A stretch of 64,000 nt of DNA from Candidatus Uhrbacteria bacterium (GTDB lineage Bacteria > Patescibacteriota > Patescibacteriia > JACRJV01): positions 36,191 through 100,190 of the forward strand of contig JACRJV010000003.1 in NCBI GenBank assembly GCA_016215325.1, given 5' to 3'. Each line of letters starts with the position of its first letter. Within the stretch, counting starts at the first letter, position 1. This document shows, piece by piece, positions 7,865 through 17,512 of this stretch. The translations under genes were made by a program, and so were the position numbers. The notes beneath the pieces are model-generated. The model worked only from the letters and a program-made list of their open reading frames with translations, was not told where the DNA came from and searched no databases.

Positions 7865-9907
7865 TCATACAAATCTCATTTTTGCAATTCCTCCACTCAC
7901 CCGCTGGAGCGTCGCGATGTACGAGCTCAATTCATTTTCGGCAATAAGATGCCCCTGACCATCAGCAACCCCAATAACTTTGGTGGGGTGACTGATTGAA
8001 TCAACAACAATATCGCCCTTTTTCCCGAGCACCCCACCGGCGATAACATCCACCCCCTCTATAACTCCTCTGCCCATAATCCTCTGGACAAGTTCCTCTG
8101 TCTCTAGTGCATTAATAATTTCACCGGATAGGCCCGCGCGCATATCAACTCGGTAAACCGGGGTCCCTTTCTCATGACATTTCTCGATGGTATCGGAGTG
8201 AAGACTTCCCGGGCCGGCATCAATAACCATTCCACCCACCGCGAGATGATCAAGTATCGTGACATCGACGGTGGCCTCGAAATGCGTCAGCCCGACCAGG
8301 AGGTCCGTCGGTTCCCTGAGTTCTGAAGAAGTCGTAACACAGCGTACTCGAAACCCGCGATCCTCCAATTTCGATTGAAGTTTTGTCGCCGCTCGAAGAT
8401 TCCCCACAATCGCAATATTGATCCCCTCCGCCTCTGGGCAAAGTTGGCTTATCAAGGAGTCCACCGCACTGACCAACGCATCATAATCCTTGTAGGTGAG
8501 TATCTTACTTTTCGTAACTACTGTCTTGACACTGCGCACCATACCCATCAATGGCCCGTGAGAATGATCAACATCGACCATGATGTAATCCACAAGACCA
8601 TCAATACTCTTGGCGATCTCTACAGCTTGCGCTACGCTCGCAACTTCCGCATTCCCAATCACGTACACCGCATTCTGACGAATGAACGGAAAGCTGGCAC
8701 TCTGTTTCTTTTGATCTAATGTTCCCGCAATAGTAAAGACACCCAACTTCCCAGTTTTCTTTGCAAGCGATAAAATTTCTAGAGCAATACTTTTTGCAAG
8801 ACCGGCAATTCCCTCCCCCGCATGGGCGTTCACAAGTTCTTTAAAATCAAAATTAACATTCCAAGCCACTGACGTGGACGATGCTTCCTGCTTCATATGT
8901 TCAAGTTCCTGAGCAACCTTTTCTGCTAATTCATCGGTGACACTTACACGGTTGACTTCACTAATCTTTACGACCAGCTCTCGCGGGTCTAGGTGATATT
9001 TTTGAGCTACTCGATAAACAATCATTAAAAAACTCGAATGAAACTGAGCATACCCTAACGTCGCGCTTAAGGAATCAATACCTTTTTCGCCACTGCCCAT
9101 CATTGGTCGAATAATCTTATCTCCTAAATCCATGATATTGAAAAGATTAACCCCCGTGACGTACCCCATTTTCTCTAGGAGGACAACCAAGATCTCCGTT
9201 TGGGCATTGCCAACACTGCGACCCATTCCTTGGAGTGTCCCATCCACAAATGTTGCGCCCGCTCTCACTGCGCTGATCGTATTTGCAACAGCGAGCAGTA
9301 AATTATTGTGGCCATGAAATCCTACAGCAACGCCGATCTCATTTCGGATACGCGAAACGTAGGTCATAACTTCATCCGGCATCATACCTCCTGCGGAATC
9401 AACCACACTCACCACATCCGCTCCGAAATGCGCCGCTAACCCAGCCTTCTCCAGAAAAGCATCAATGGGGAGTGCATACGATTTCATGAGATTGGAGGAA
9501 ACCAACATCCCGAGCTCTTTTGCTCGTTTGATAAATGGCTCCGCCTGTTCCACTTCTGTCACGTTCGTGCCGATCCTCACAAACCCCATACCGTACTTGG
9601 CCCCGAGTTCGAGATCCTCAATGCGTCCAATGCCAGGGATACAAAACATCCCAAACTTTGCTTTCCGTAAGACCGCAGCGGCGGCCATCAAATATTGTTC
9701 ATCCGTCGCTGCCGCTACCCCATACCGTGGGGAACCGTTGAATCCTACCCCGTGTCCGATTTCGATAAATTCTACCCCGCAGCGCTCCAAACTACTTGCG
9801 ACCAGCGCCGTATCTTCTGGAGTAAATTGGTAGTCAATAGCGTAACTTCCATCCCGAAGAGTACACTCGAGAATATTGATTTTCTTGCTCGGCATGACCT
9901 CGCTCAT
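7865..9907 (-). CDS. HMGL-like (DRE-TIM) aldolase, 4-hydroxy-2-oxovalerate aldolase-like, fused to C-terminal Rossmann-like domain
   Basis: N-terminus ILECTLRDGSYAIDYQFT (DmpG/HMGL signature) and metal-binding HGHNN; C-terminal 300 aa has NIAIVGNLRA...VIDAGPG nucleotide-binding-like segments. Confidence 0.6.
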   Translation of the reverse strand: MSEVMPSKKINILECTLRDGSYAIDYQFTPEDTALVASSLERCGVEFIEIGHGVGFNGSPRYGVAAATDEQYLMAAAAVLRKAKFGMFCIPGIGRIEDLELGAKYGMGFVRIGTNVTEVEQAEPFIKRAKELGMLVSSNLMKSYALPIDAFLEKAGLAAHFGADVVSVVDSAGGMMPDEVMTYVSRIRNEIGVAVGFHGHNNLLLAVANTISAVRAGATFVDGTLQGMGRSVGNAQTEILVVLLEKMGYVTGVNLFNIMDLGDKIIRPMMGSGEKGIDSLSATLGYAQFHSSFLMIVYRVAQKYHLDPRELVVKISEVNRVSVTDELAEKVAQELEHMKQEASSTSVAWNVNFDFKELVNAHAGEGIAGLAKSIALEILSLAKKTGKLGVFTIAGTLDQKKQSASFPFIRQNAVYVIGNAEVASVAQAVEIAKSIDGLVDYIMVDVDHSHGPLMGMVRSVKTVVTKSKILTYKDYDALVSAVDSLISQLCPEAEGINIAIVGNLRAATKLQSKLEDRGFRVRCVTTSSELREPTDLLVGLTHFEATVDVTILDHLAVGGMVIDAGPGSLHSDTIEKCHEKGTPVYRVDMRAGLSGEIINALETEELVQRIMGRGVIEGVDVIAGGVLGKKGDIVVDSISHPTKVIGVADGQGHLIAENELSSYIATLQRVSGGIAKMRFV

Positions 9908-9914
9908 ACAATGT

Positions 9915-11009
9915 TTAAGTTACGGAACGTAACACTGCTTGTACGGTCCTGTTGATATCCTTCCGTGTGTAACGAGGATCAACCCATATGTTAAACATAT
10001 GATCCCCAACATACTCCGAATGCTTGAGTTTCTCGGGATGGACTTGGTAGAAACGATGGACGGGCGGATACCAATTGCTCACCTCTACGCCGCGCTTTCG
10101 TATCGCTTGCGCAATCTCATATTGTCGGTTTCCTCGCACGAGAAAACTGTATCGCCAATACACGCCTTGACCAACATACAGAGGATGGGTAATCGCCTCG
10201 TGATTGAGATGCGCTCGATAATGCGCAGCATATTCGTTTCGTTTTTTCACAATTGCGGGAAGGAGGGGGAGACAGCTATAGATCCGCTCAACCAACGTTG
10301 GACTCACATCACGAAACAAGAAAAGGTTTCGGAAAATCCAAGGAAACGAAGAATACAGAAAAGACAATTCGTTCCTTTCCCGTATCAGGGGAGCAAGGGT
10401 ATAGTACACCCGGCGATAGATGGTTTCAAGCTGATGATAATCATTTGCCTTCTGTGGAAGACGGCGCGCCAACGCGCGTATACGATCGAAGGACTCCTCG
10501 CTATCAAATAGGACGGCGCCCCCCCCGCCCGCGTCAAGAATCTTCGTGTGGCCAAAACTCAAAATAGAAAAATCGCCAAACGAACCCAATGGACTTCCGT
10601 TATAACTCCCCCCGAGTGCTTGTGCGACATCTTCGATGAGTGGCACGCGATACGAACGTGTCAACTCTCGTATACGATCGATATCCGTTGGATGTCCATA
10701 CAGATGCGGTAGCAGCACTGCTCGAACGGCTTTTTGTGTTTTTAACGCTCTTTCAAGAGCGACGGGGTCAAGATTAAAGTCGCGAAGTCGGACATCGCAA
10801 AATTCTGGCGTGAATCCTGCATACACAATAGCATTGACAACACTCGGACAAATAATCGCAGGGATTATGACGCATCCTTGTTCCGAGCCAAGAGATTGGA
10901 GTGCTAAAAAAATCGCCACAGTCCCGCGGCTTGTCACGATACAGTATCTCCGCCGGTGCATTTCTGCCAATCGCAGTTCAAGAGCGCGTTTGTGGAACAT
11001 TGGGGGCAT
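9915..11009 (-). CDS. DegT/DnrJ/EryC1/StrS family sugar aminotransferase
   Basis: IEDVAQALGGSY...SFGHTKILDAGGGGAV (PLP-Lys motif); start trimmed to internal Met to remove overlap with upstream gene. Confidence 0.8.
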   Translation of the reverse strand: MPPMFHKRALELRLAEMHRRRYCIVTSRGTVAIFLALQSLGSEQGCVIIPAIICPSVVNAIVYAGFTPEFCDVRLRDFNLDPVALERALKTQKAVRAVLLPHLYGHPTDIDRIRELTRSYRVPLIEDVAQALGGSYNGSPLGSFGDFSILSFGHTKILDAGGGGAVLFDSEESFDRIRALARRLPQKANDYHQLETIYRRVYYTLAPLIRERNELSFLYSSFPWIFRNLFLFRDVSPTLVERIYSCLPLLPAIVKKRNEYAAHYRAHLNHEAITHPLYVGQGVYWRYSFLVRGNRQYEIAQAIRKRGVEVSNWYPPVHRFYQVHPEKLKHSEYVGDHMFNIWVDPRYTRKDINRTVQAVLRSVT

Positions 11010-11919
11010 ATGAAATGTTCTTTTCTTGCACAAGCCGAGCGATATCGGCAATAGTGATGTATTGGAGCTCCCTCCCCTGTACTCGGGCTTCTTGTGAAAT
11101 AAAAACAATATTGGCTATTGCCTCCTTACAATCGAACGAAATGAGAGGATGTTTTGTACCTCGCTCCAACAACTCGGAGGGATGGACGATCGCGACCAAC
11201 AACTCTTCCTGTTGAATGCTCTGGACAATTGATTCTTTTACAATTGCATTGCGATAAGACAAATTGAGGTATCGAAACAAACCGCTGCGGTCATAACTCG
11301 CCTTCGTATAAATCATCGACATCGGTACCTCGAGAATCGGATGTGCGGGAGCGCTAGGGATTCTGTAATCGTGAAGTGACGGGAAATACGGTTCGCTTGG
11401 CGTTCCGGTCCAGTCTAATGTTCTTTCTCGATCATGACGAACTCTGCCCGGCAAGGCGGTAGAATCGACCCGGAGTCCCCACCCCGCGAGTGCGGCCATT
11501 AAAGAATTGCTGTGGAACGCATTGCCGACTCGCACAGAAGCGCAATGAACTTCTTGCTCTTGGAGCGCTTGGAATGATGCCTGAAGTTCATCCAACTCAG
11601 TGACATGAGGGTGCCAACCAATCTCATCACCGCACTGCGCGCGACCACGAAGAAACGTCTTGAATCGCTCAAATAGATAGAGCGATGTGCCATAGATCCG
11701 GTAGAGCCCCGTATCAGAACGCACAAACCAAGTAAATCTCGGCCGCCGACCTCTGGAATCTTCAAGACGCGCAGTATCCACTGCGGTAAGTAACGATGGA
11801 ATCCCCTGCTCAACCCCACGCCACGAAATATTCAGCGCGGGTCCAAATATTGAAGTGTCAAAATTATCGGGATCGAGATCAATGGTGATGGCAACATAGA
11901 GAGGTGATTCAGCCATATC
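10978..11919 (-). CDS. Polysaccharide deacetylase (CE4/NodB-like) family protein
   Basis: VAITIDLDPDNF N-terminal motif and His-rich segments (GWHPHV) typical of CE4 deacetylases; start trimmed to MAESPLY. Confidence 0.5.
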   Translation of the reverse strand, partial: DMAESPLYVAITIDLDPDNFDTSIFGPALNISWRGVEQGIPSLLTAVDTARLEDSRGRRPRFTWFVRSDTGLYRIYGTSLYLFERFKTFLRGRAQCGDEIGWHPHVTELDELQASFQALQEQEVHCASVRVGNAFHSNSLMAALAGWGLRVDSTALPGRVRHDRERTLDWTGTPSEPYFPSLHDYRIPSAPAHPILEVPMSMIYTKASYDRSGLFRYLNLSYRNAIVKESIVQSIQQEELLVAIVHPSELLERGTKHPLISFDCKEAIANIVFISQEARVQGRELQYITIADIARLVQEKNISYAPNVPQTRS

Positions 11920-12547
11920 ATTTTTTCCCCCAGCCTTGAAAATCTTTGTACAAATAAACGGCAAATTCAAAAAGGGGGTAATCGTGTCGGAGTGCCACCC
12001 TTTTTGTCAAGCTCTTACAAAAAGAAAAAATCTCTTCAGGACTATAATAATGCAAATGTGGTTCCTTAAAATCAACATACTTCGTCAGCATATCGATGAC
12101 GACCCCTTTCCGGCAAAGCGCATAACTGCGAGTGAGCACATCTCGCAGAACCTTCTCATTATCATTATACGCGAGCGCATTATTAAACGTTTGTGAAGAA
12201 ACGATGTAATCAAACGTACCAGGGACAGTGTCAGTCTGAATATCTGCAACAAGAAATGTCAGGTCAGGGAATTGTTCCTGGCAGATGTTTATAAATTGCG
12301 GACAAATGTCAATACCGGTGTATTGAACGTGAAGGCCCTGATCTTTGAGGTACGTATAGAAATCCGCGAATCCACACCCAATATCCAAGATCGATTGATC
12401 CTCAAGGTTGCCAACGTCGGCGAGCACCTTGAATCGCATTTGTTGGCGTTCGCGATTACCAGATGCTAAGGCCCTGACATCAACTCCATACGCCTCTAAG
12501 CGAACCTTATACCGTTCGATGATCCGCTGTTTATCTCTTGCATCCAT
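11918..12547 (-). CDS. Class I SAM-dependent methyltransferase
   Basis: SAM-binding motif ILDIGCGFADF followed by acidic loop YTGIDI; 209 aa. Confidence 0.7.
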   Translation of the reverse strand: MDARDKQRIIERYKVRLEAYGVDVRALASGNRERQQMRFKVLADVGNLEDQSILDIGCGFADFYTYLKDQGLHVQYTGIDICPQFINICQEQFPDLTFLVADIQTDTVPGTFDYIVSSQTFNNALAYNDNEKVLRDVLTRSYALCRKGVVIDMLTKYVDFKEPHLHYYSPEEIFSFCKSLTKRVALRHDYPLFEFAVYLYKDFQGWGKK

Positions 12548-12559
12548 ACTCCACTCACG

Positions 12560-13750
12560 CTATCCAAGTTCGATAACGACTGCTTGTTCGGCTTGGGCCA
12601 AACGAGCCTCGGCCTCTTCTGCGTTTTCGGCCATCGAAATGATGTGCCCGATGCGATCGGCACCAGAAGTTAATGTTCGCACGGGATCTCCGGGTTTCAC
12701 ATAGATCTCCATTTCATAGATTCCCTCCATCGCTCGTGCTGTTTCAACACCAGTGATGGCATGGATGCGCCCGCTAGACGGGGAGGCAAAGAATTTTATC
12801 GATGAAGCCAGTTGCTTCGTGGGGATGAGATCGGGCGGTAGGCCCAACGAAGCTTTAATCGTCGCTTGGATGAGATCAATACCAGAAATCATTGGGAGTA
12901 TGTCAGTAAAAACCTTGAACCCGGGGCCTCGCGCCGCTAGTTCAACTGGAACGGGTCCGTCTTTTGTCATCATGAGCTCCATATGCACTGGCCCAGTAGT
13001 AATTCCCACTGCAGTAATCGCATGCTTTGCCACAGCGATAATACGCTGTTGAACGAGAGAAGGATACCGCGATGGGAAGGTTACTTGAATATCTAAAAGG
13101 TAGGGTGGAGGTGTTCTTTTTTTATCAGAAAGACCAATGATACGAATCGTTCCCCGATCGACGAATGCCTCCACGCTCACTTCTATACCCTCCATAAAAT
13201 CTTCCACAACGACTTTCTTTTTCTGAGAATACCCAATGGCACATTCGTATGCTTCTTTCAACTCCATTTCATGGGTCACTTTTCGTACGCCCCGGCTGCC
13301 TGCACTATCCGCAGGCTTAACAACCACCGGCAGTCCGATTTTATCAACAACAGCAAGTAAGGTGGAAAAGTCTAAAACAGGGTATGATGTCGGGGAAGGT
13401 ACCCCGTGGGCCACAAATGCCTGACGCATGAGTGCTTTATCGGTACACCGCTCAGCGACTGACACCGGAATCCCGGGTAATTGGAGTGCTTCGGCAATCG
13501 CCGCAACCGTTTTTACCGTAACGTCGGAGGCAACTGTAACCACCCCGTCAATGGAACAGGAACGCGCTATCTCCAGATTTTGTTCAATATCCTTTACATC
13601 CACAACAAATGCTCTATCCGCATATCGTAACCCCGGCGCCTCTGCGCTCCCATCTGTTGCCACGACCGCGAGTCCCATCTTTTTTGCGGTCTGAATCCCC
13701 TTCAACTGGAAAGGGCCGGCGCCGATGCACAGAAGTGTTTTGGTGTTCAT
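12560..13750 (-). CDS. ATP-grasp domain ligase (carboxylate-amine ligase type)
   Basis: PVVVKPADSAGSRGV and EEFMEGIEVSVEAF-like ATP-grasp core; 396 aa; embedded between pseG-like and methyltransferase. Confidence 0.7.
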   Translation of the reverse strand: MNTKTLLCIGAGPFQLKGIQTAKKMGLAVVATDGSAEAPGLRYADRAFVVDVKDIEQNLEIARSCSIDGVVTVASDVTVKTVAAIAEALQLPGIPVSVAERCTDKALMRQAFVAHGVPSPTSYPVLDFSTLLAVVDKIGLPVVVKPADSAGSRGVRKVTHEMELKEAYECAIGYSQKKKVVVEDFMEGIEVSVEAFVDRGTIRIIGLSDKKRTPPPYLLDIQVTFPSRYPSLVQQRIIAVAKHAITAVGITTGPVHMELMMTKDGPVPVELAARGPGFKVFTDILPMISGIDLIQATIKASLGLPPDLIPTKQLASSIKFFASPSSGRIHAITGVETARAMEGIYEMEIYVKPGDPVRTLTSGADRIGHIISMAENAEEAEARLAQAEQAVVIELG

Positions 13751-14763
13751 ACTAATGATGCATGGCGTATGAGTTCCTTTCGGATAATCTCAAGCACGCG
13801 CTCTCTCCCGTGACCATCGACAAGTTGCTGTGCTCGATGACCCATGGCTTCGCGATCGTGCCAATGCTTAATAAGCCTCTGGACGCGTTGTACATGATTC
13901 CCCTGCGTTGTCTGCCGCGATTCTAGCAGAAGTACCCCTCCCTTCTTCGCAATGCTTCTGGCAAGCAGGAGTTCCGCATTATTTTGAGGAATAATCACAC
14001 ATGGACAACCGAGGGCCATTAATTCCGCCAAAGTGACTCCAGCTCCACAAAATGCGATATCGATGGAACCCATGAGCGCGCCCATCTCTTGAACATTCGT
14101 CTCGATTCTGTATCGATGGTTCTTCCCAAGCCGATATTCCACTCCTTTGCGAAATTTGGGTCCCACAATAACATACACGCTTACCGGAGGGTGTGCAAGA
14201 CGCTCAAGAATAGCAATGGATTTCTGCGTGTTATTGCGAGGGTCTGCACCGCCAAATGTCAATAACACCCGCCTGGCCATACCCTGAGAAAATGATTTTT
14301 GCTTCCGATACGACAGCACCTCGTCCCGCACAATAGAATACTCGAGCCCTTCATAAATTCTCCTAAACAAAACGCTTTGGCCCTTCTTTAGATTATGATT
14401 GTAAATGTTGATTGCCGCGCAGATGCGTGGATCTTGGTAGTAAAAATAATCAAGTGCGACTACCGGTGGGTGAGGAACGCCGTAGAATGACTCCATCATC
14501 CCCAGCGCATACGGCTTGTCATAGATAATCAGATTTGGGTAATAAGAAAGAATGGTCTGTCGGAGAGTACCCTGAACAATATTCCGCACACCCTCTTGCT
14601 GCAGTTTCCGATACACCTGCCTCGTTACCCCTGCTGCGTGAAAAATCACCTCATGGTTGAGTGCCAACGCACGATACAGACTGATATCGCGCACAATATG
14701 CCCCAAGCCTTGGAGGTGACTTCCGTAACTACTTATTAGAATAGTATAGTGTTGGTGTTTCAT
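13747..14763 (-). CDS. pseG: PseG-like UDP-sugar hydrolase (GT-B fold, MurG-like)
   Basis: ILISSYGSHLQGLGHIVRDISL matches the PseG N-terminal G-GH--RD motif; LLTFGGAD and C-terminal GAGVTLAEL collinear with C. jejuni PseG. Confidence 0.65.
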   Translation of the reverse strand: MKHQHYTILISSYGSHLQGLGHIVRDISLYRALALNHEVIFHAAGVTRQVYRKLQQEGVRNIVQGTLRQTILSYYPNLIIYDKPYALGMMESFYGVPHPPVVALDYFYYQDPRICAAINIYNHNLKKGQSVLFRRIYEGLEYSIVRDEVLSYRKQKSFSQGMARRVLLTFGGADPRNNTQKSIAILERLAHPPVSVYVIVGPKFRKGVEYRLGKNHRYRIETNVQEMGALMGSIDIAFCGAGVTLAELMALGCPCVIIPQNNAELLLARSIAKKGGVLLLESRQTTQGNHVQRVQRLIKHWHDREAMGHRAQQLVDGHGRERVLEIIRKELIRHASLV

Positions 14764-15818
14764 GCATCGAACGTATCCGTTGTCACCGGATCAAATGCTT
14801 CCATATTAACACGCGCCCGCTTCCCAATCACCCGATCGAGATCCTTCGGCAAAAGTCCAAGGGCAGGCCGCACGATGGAGAGCATTTCTCGCTTGATGAT
14901 GTCTCCTTTTTTAATGGCTCGATTAGTAAAGATACTCCTCCGCCCTCTCCTGTAATAGGTGAGTTCGCTTTCGGCAACGCATTTTTGTGGTCGACCAATT
15001 GCCTGTTCGACGTCCCGAATTCCGCGCACCATTGCCGCGAGCTCTGCCGGTTCAAGGGCGAACTTATGATCCGGTCCCGGAAGATTCCTATCCAGTGTAA
15101 AATGCTTTTCGTAAATACTCGCTCCTCGCGCAACCGCAGCGATAGGAATGGTGAGACCTATGGTGTGATCAGAATATCCGATCGGACACATGAACTGTTC
15201 ACGCATGACGTCCATGGCAGCCAGATGGAGATCATTCATCGGGGGAGGATATCCAACACCACAATGCAGGAGCGCATACTGTGTGTTGCCGGTTTGTTCC
15301 ACTGCTTCAACGGCATCCCGTATTTCTTCAATCGTCGCCATTCCTGTTGAAAGGATCAGCGGTTTTCCGGTCTGCGCCGTGTAGCGAATCAAGGGGAGGT
15401 GGGTAATCTCATACGACGCAATCTTATAAAATGGGGCGTCAATTGCCTCAAGTGCATCCACCGCGTCCTCATCGAAAGGAGTCGCCGCAAACATAATATC
15501 TCGCTGCTTCGCATACTCAGTAAGACGCGGTAACCATTCTCTCGGTAATTCGACCTTTCGATAGAGTTCATGGAGCGTTTTTCCATATCGTCCAAATGTG
15601 TCACTCCCAAGGTCGACGGTAGGATCCTGTGTAGCAGCGGCCATAGTGTCGGCAGAAAATACTTGAAATTTTACCACATCCGCTCCCGACTCTTTTGCCG
15701 CATCAATGAGTTGTAATGCTTGTTCAAAATTACGGTCATGGTTACTACCCGCTTCAGCAATTATAAAGCAGGGTGCGTTATCGCCAATGCGTCGCCCTTG
15801 TATTGTGAGTGCGTGCAT
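14760..15818 (-). CDS. pseI: Nonulosonic acid synthase (NeuB/PseI/LegI family) with SAF domain
   Basis: PCFIIAEAGSNHDRN signature, SAF C-terminal domain; 4-nt ATGA overlap with pseG-like gene. Confidence 0.85.
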   Translation of the reverse strand: MHALTIQGRRIGDNAPCFIIAEAGSNHDRNFEQALQLIDAAKESGADVVKFQVFSADTMAAATQDPTVDLGSDTFGRYGKTLHELYRKVELPREWLPRLTEYAKQRDIMFAATPFDEDAVDALEAIDAPFYKIASYEITHLPLIRYTAQTGKPLILSTGMATIEEIRDAVEAVEQTGNTQYALLHCGVGYPPPMNDLHLAAMDVMREQFMCPIGYSDHTIGLTIPIAAVARGASIYEKHFTLDRNLPGPDHKFALEPAELAAMVRGIRDVEQAIGRPQKCVAESELTYYRRGRRSIFTNRAIKKGDIIKREMLSIVRPALGLLPKDLDRVIGKRARVNMEAFDPVTTDTFDA

Positions 15819-15824
15819 AAGGTT

Positions 15825-16583
15825 TTACGATGAACCCTTCTCTGCGCTCAGTGACTTCAGGAGACCTTCATTACGAACAATATGACTGTTGGTTGCCATC
15901 ATCTCAGGATGTGCCGAAAGGTATTGCAGAACGTCTTCTCCTGTAAACTCCGGATGCCGCGGGTACAGGGCCTCAATAATTATTTTTACTACCTCAAAAT
16001 CCTCGGGCTCATCCACGGTAATCCGAAATCTGCTGTCATCGCTTCCATTGTCAAGGGTATGCTTACGAAAGAACTCAGAATGACGATGCAAATACAGTGT
16101 AGCATGCTCGCGCTCAGAAGGTTTTATCGCCTCTTTCCAAGCGCGCTCGAGTGCCGCCAATGTAAATATTTCACAATCAAGTCCTTCGGCAAATGTTGGA
16201 CCGCTATGAACAAAATCATACGCCCCATTCTGGAATGTCGTAACAAGCCGATCGACGATTTGAGGATCGATCAGTGGACAATCACCAGTAATCCGGACAA
16301 TTGGGTCAATCGAAAACCGCAAGGCAGTTTGATAATAGCGATCCAGCACATCCTGCTCTAATCCACGAAATACCGGAACGCGTTGCTGCGCGCAGAAATC
16401 CACAATTTGGTCATCCTCAACATTCGTCGTTGTCGCTACAATAATGCGATTAATTCCAGTTGCACGCCGGAGACGCTCAAGCTGATACTCAAGGAGGGGC
16501 CGACCAAGTACTGTTTTGAGTACTTTACCCGGAAGCCTTGTCGAAGTCATCCTCGCTTGGATAATTGCGCCGGTCGTGGCCAT
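15825..16583 (-). CDS. pseF: CMP-nonulosonic acid cytidylyltransferase (PseF/NeuA/SpsF family)
   Basis: N-terminal AIIQARMTSTRLPGKVL cytidylyltransferase motif; 252 aa. Confidence 0.8.
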   Translation of the reverse strand: MATTGAIIQARMTSTRLPGKVLKTVLGRPLLEYQLERLRRATGINRIIVATTTNVEDDQIVDFCAQQRVPVFRGLEQDVLDRYYQTALRFSIDPIVRITGDCPLIDPQIVDRLVTTFQNGAYDFVHSGPTFAEGLDCEIFTLAALERAWKEAIKPSEREHATLYLHRHSEFFRKHTLDNGSDDSRFRITVDEPEDFEVVKIIIEALYPRHPEFTGEDVLQYLSAHPEMMATNSHIVRNEGLLKSLSAEKGSS

Positions 16584-17512
16584 ACTAATGGATTTACTAT
16601 ACGTTCATTAATGTCCCGAAAGTGCTCACGTACATATCCGACAAGAGCCGGAGGGTATTCACGTTGCCAAGCCCGACAATTTGTCTCTACCTGGTCAAGG
16701 GTCTCAGCCCCAAACAAAATCTTTGCCTGTGGAAATGCCAGCTTCAAATAGCCAAACGCAAATTCCTGCCGCGTGAGCTCAAATATTCCTGCCGCCTCTT
16801 CAACAAGTTCGAGTGAAGGGCGAGCGAACGTCATTGTCTCAGGAAGTTGGCGCGAATCGATAAAGAGTAATCCTTGAAGAAATGCGCTTCGAATATAGAC
16901 CGTCGCGCTCTTTTTTTTCGCGAGCTCAAAAACCCCTGCACTCTCAAATCTCCTGTCTAAAATGTTGGTTGGAAGTTGAATTATGGTAAGCCCATCCAAC
17001 TCAAGTGCTCGGAGCGCTATGGAAGGAGTGTACACAGAAACCCCCACATAATCAACATAACCTTGAGAGACTAAATCCTTGAGTATTCTCCCCAACCCCT
17101 TCCCCCATAATCCAAGCAGTTCTTCGCGATGCAAAAGTACACCGTGGAGTTTCTTCACTCCAAGACGTACACACGACGCTTGGATCGCATCAGTAATTGC
17201 CCTCGCATCTAAGTAATCAAGGTTTGGATCGAGCTTTGTAATGAGCTTCGCCGTGCCCCCCGCGTTCAATACTCTAAGAGCTTCCCCTAAAACAGCTTCA
17301 CTCTCTCCATACCCCGGGGCAGTATCAAACTCGTCGATTCCGTGCTCCAAAGCAGTACGGACAATTTCTTCCGCTATCTCATGATTCGGCTGCCCATTTT
17401 TATTAGCGATGCCATAGGGCATACCAAGCTGCACTGTCCCAAGTACGAGTGCTGGAAGACTCTTTCTCGCGTTACTAGTCATATCATTATGCAAGACGCC
17501 GAAATCCTGCAT
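16547..17512 (-). CDS. Aldo/keto reductase
   Basis: LGTVQLGMPYG and DTAPGYGESE AKR motifs. Confidence 0.75.
   Translation of the reverse strand: MQDFGVLHNDMTSNARKSLPALVLGTVQLGMPYGIANKNGQPNHEIAEEIVRTALEHGIDEFDTAPGYGESEAVLGEALRVLNAGGTAKLITKLDPNLDYLDARAITDAIQASCVRLGVKKLHGVLLHREELLGLWGKGLGRILKDLVSQGYVDYVGVSVYTPSIALRALELDGLTIIQLPTNILDRRFESAGVFELAKKKSATVYIRSAFLQGLLFIDSRQLPETMTFARPSLELVEEAAGIFELTRQEFAFGYLKLAFPQAKILFGAETLDQVETNCRAWQREYPPALVGYVREHFRDINERIVNPLVWPRPAQLSKRG

Noticed and set aside
7865-9907. Possibility that the HMGL-like ORF is DmpG plus a separate DmpF acetaldehyde dehydrogenase
   Set aside because: The C-terminal half lacks the DmpF N-terminal GxGxIG and catalytic Cys pattern and reads through without a stop; treated as one fusion protein with an unassigned Rossmann-like domain.
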